From the NCBI GenBank assembly GCA_050575255.1, contig JBNZDD010013693.1, positions 4,973,522 to 5,037,521 on the forward strand: 64,000 bases of DNA. Direction: 5' to 3'. This document shows positions 63,500-64,000 of the stretch, piece after piece; the first letter of the stretch is position 1, and each line of letters starts with the position of its first letter. This DNA is from Harriotta raleighana (taxonomy: Eukaryota). The position numbers and the translations under genes were made by a program. Under the pieces are notes generated by a model. It saw only the letters and a list, made by a program, of their open reading frames with translations, ran no database searches and was not told the DNA's origin.

Positions 63500-64000
63500 C
63501 TGTGAGTCTGTCTGTGTGTGTGTGGTGTGTGTGTGAGAGAGAGACAGTGTGTGTGTATGGGTATGTGTGTTAGTGTGTTTGTGGCTGAGTGTGTGATAGA
63601 TGACTGTGTGTGTCAGTGTGTATAAGTGTGAGTGTGTGAGAGAAGGTGAGTGTTTGTGTCAGTGTGTGTGAGGGGTTGTGTGAGAAAGGTGAGTGTGTGT
63701 GTCTGTGTGTTTGTGAGAGAAGTGTGTGTGTGTGAGTGAGTGTGAGTGTGTGAGAGAAGGTGTGTATCAGTGGTATATCAGTGAGTGTGTGAGAGGTGAG
63801 TATGTGTGGCAGTGGTGTGTCAGTGGGTGTGTGAGAGAAGGTGAGTGTGTCAGTGTATGTGTGTATGAGAAGGTGAGTTTGTGTGTGTGTGTATGAGAGT
63901 GTGAAAAAAGGTGTGTGTGGCAGTGGTCAGTGAGAGAATGTGAGTGTGTGTGTCAGTGTGTGTGAGTGAGTGTGTGAGAAGTCAAGGTGTGTTTGTCTGT
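63500..64000. repeat. (GT/GA)-rich low-complexity satellite with recurring gtgtgagagaaggtgagtgtg units
   Basis: Visible directly and runs off the window end. Confidence 0.9.

Overview
Vertebrate genomic DNA, not microbial. The repeats (tRNA-head/Deu-domain SINEs, L2 and CR1 LINEs) suggest a cartilaginous fish, possibly a holocephalan; this is inference. Two convergent genes are present. (1) The 3' half of liprin-alpha-4 (PPFIA4, + strand, 1 to ~20,420): 12 well-supported coding exons with continuous splice phases across the three SAM domains, a candidate extra 15-nt microexon, and two alternative C-termini (a PDZ-binding VRTYSC cassette exon versus a terminal HSHYLYGHMIDAFRD). (2) A complete three-exon myogenin (MYOG, - strand, 30641 to 25536, 225 aa) with a recognisable TATA/MEF2/MEF3/E-box promoter. 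31-64 kb is repeat-rich intergenic DNA. The most unusual items are: a composite, apparently L2-mobilised retroelement carrying an A>G-rich histone H2B-derived segment (57.3-58.6 kb, with 5'-truncated relatives at 47.2 and 7.5 kb); a second helix-III-like terminal exon inside MYOG intron 1, next to a GC/GT tandem donor; and several PPFIA4 splicing switches. Repeat boundaries are approximate. All homology calls come from my recall of the protein families, not from database searches.
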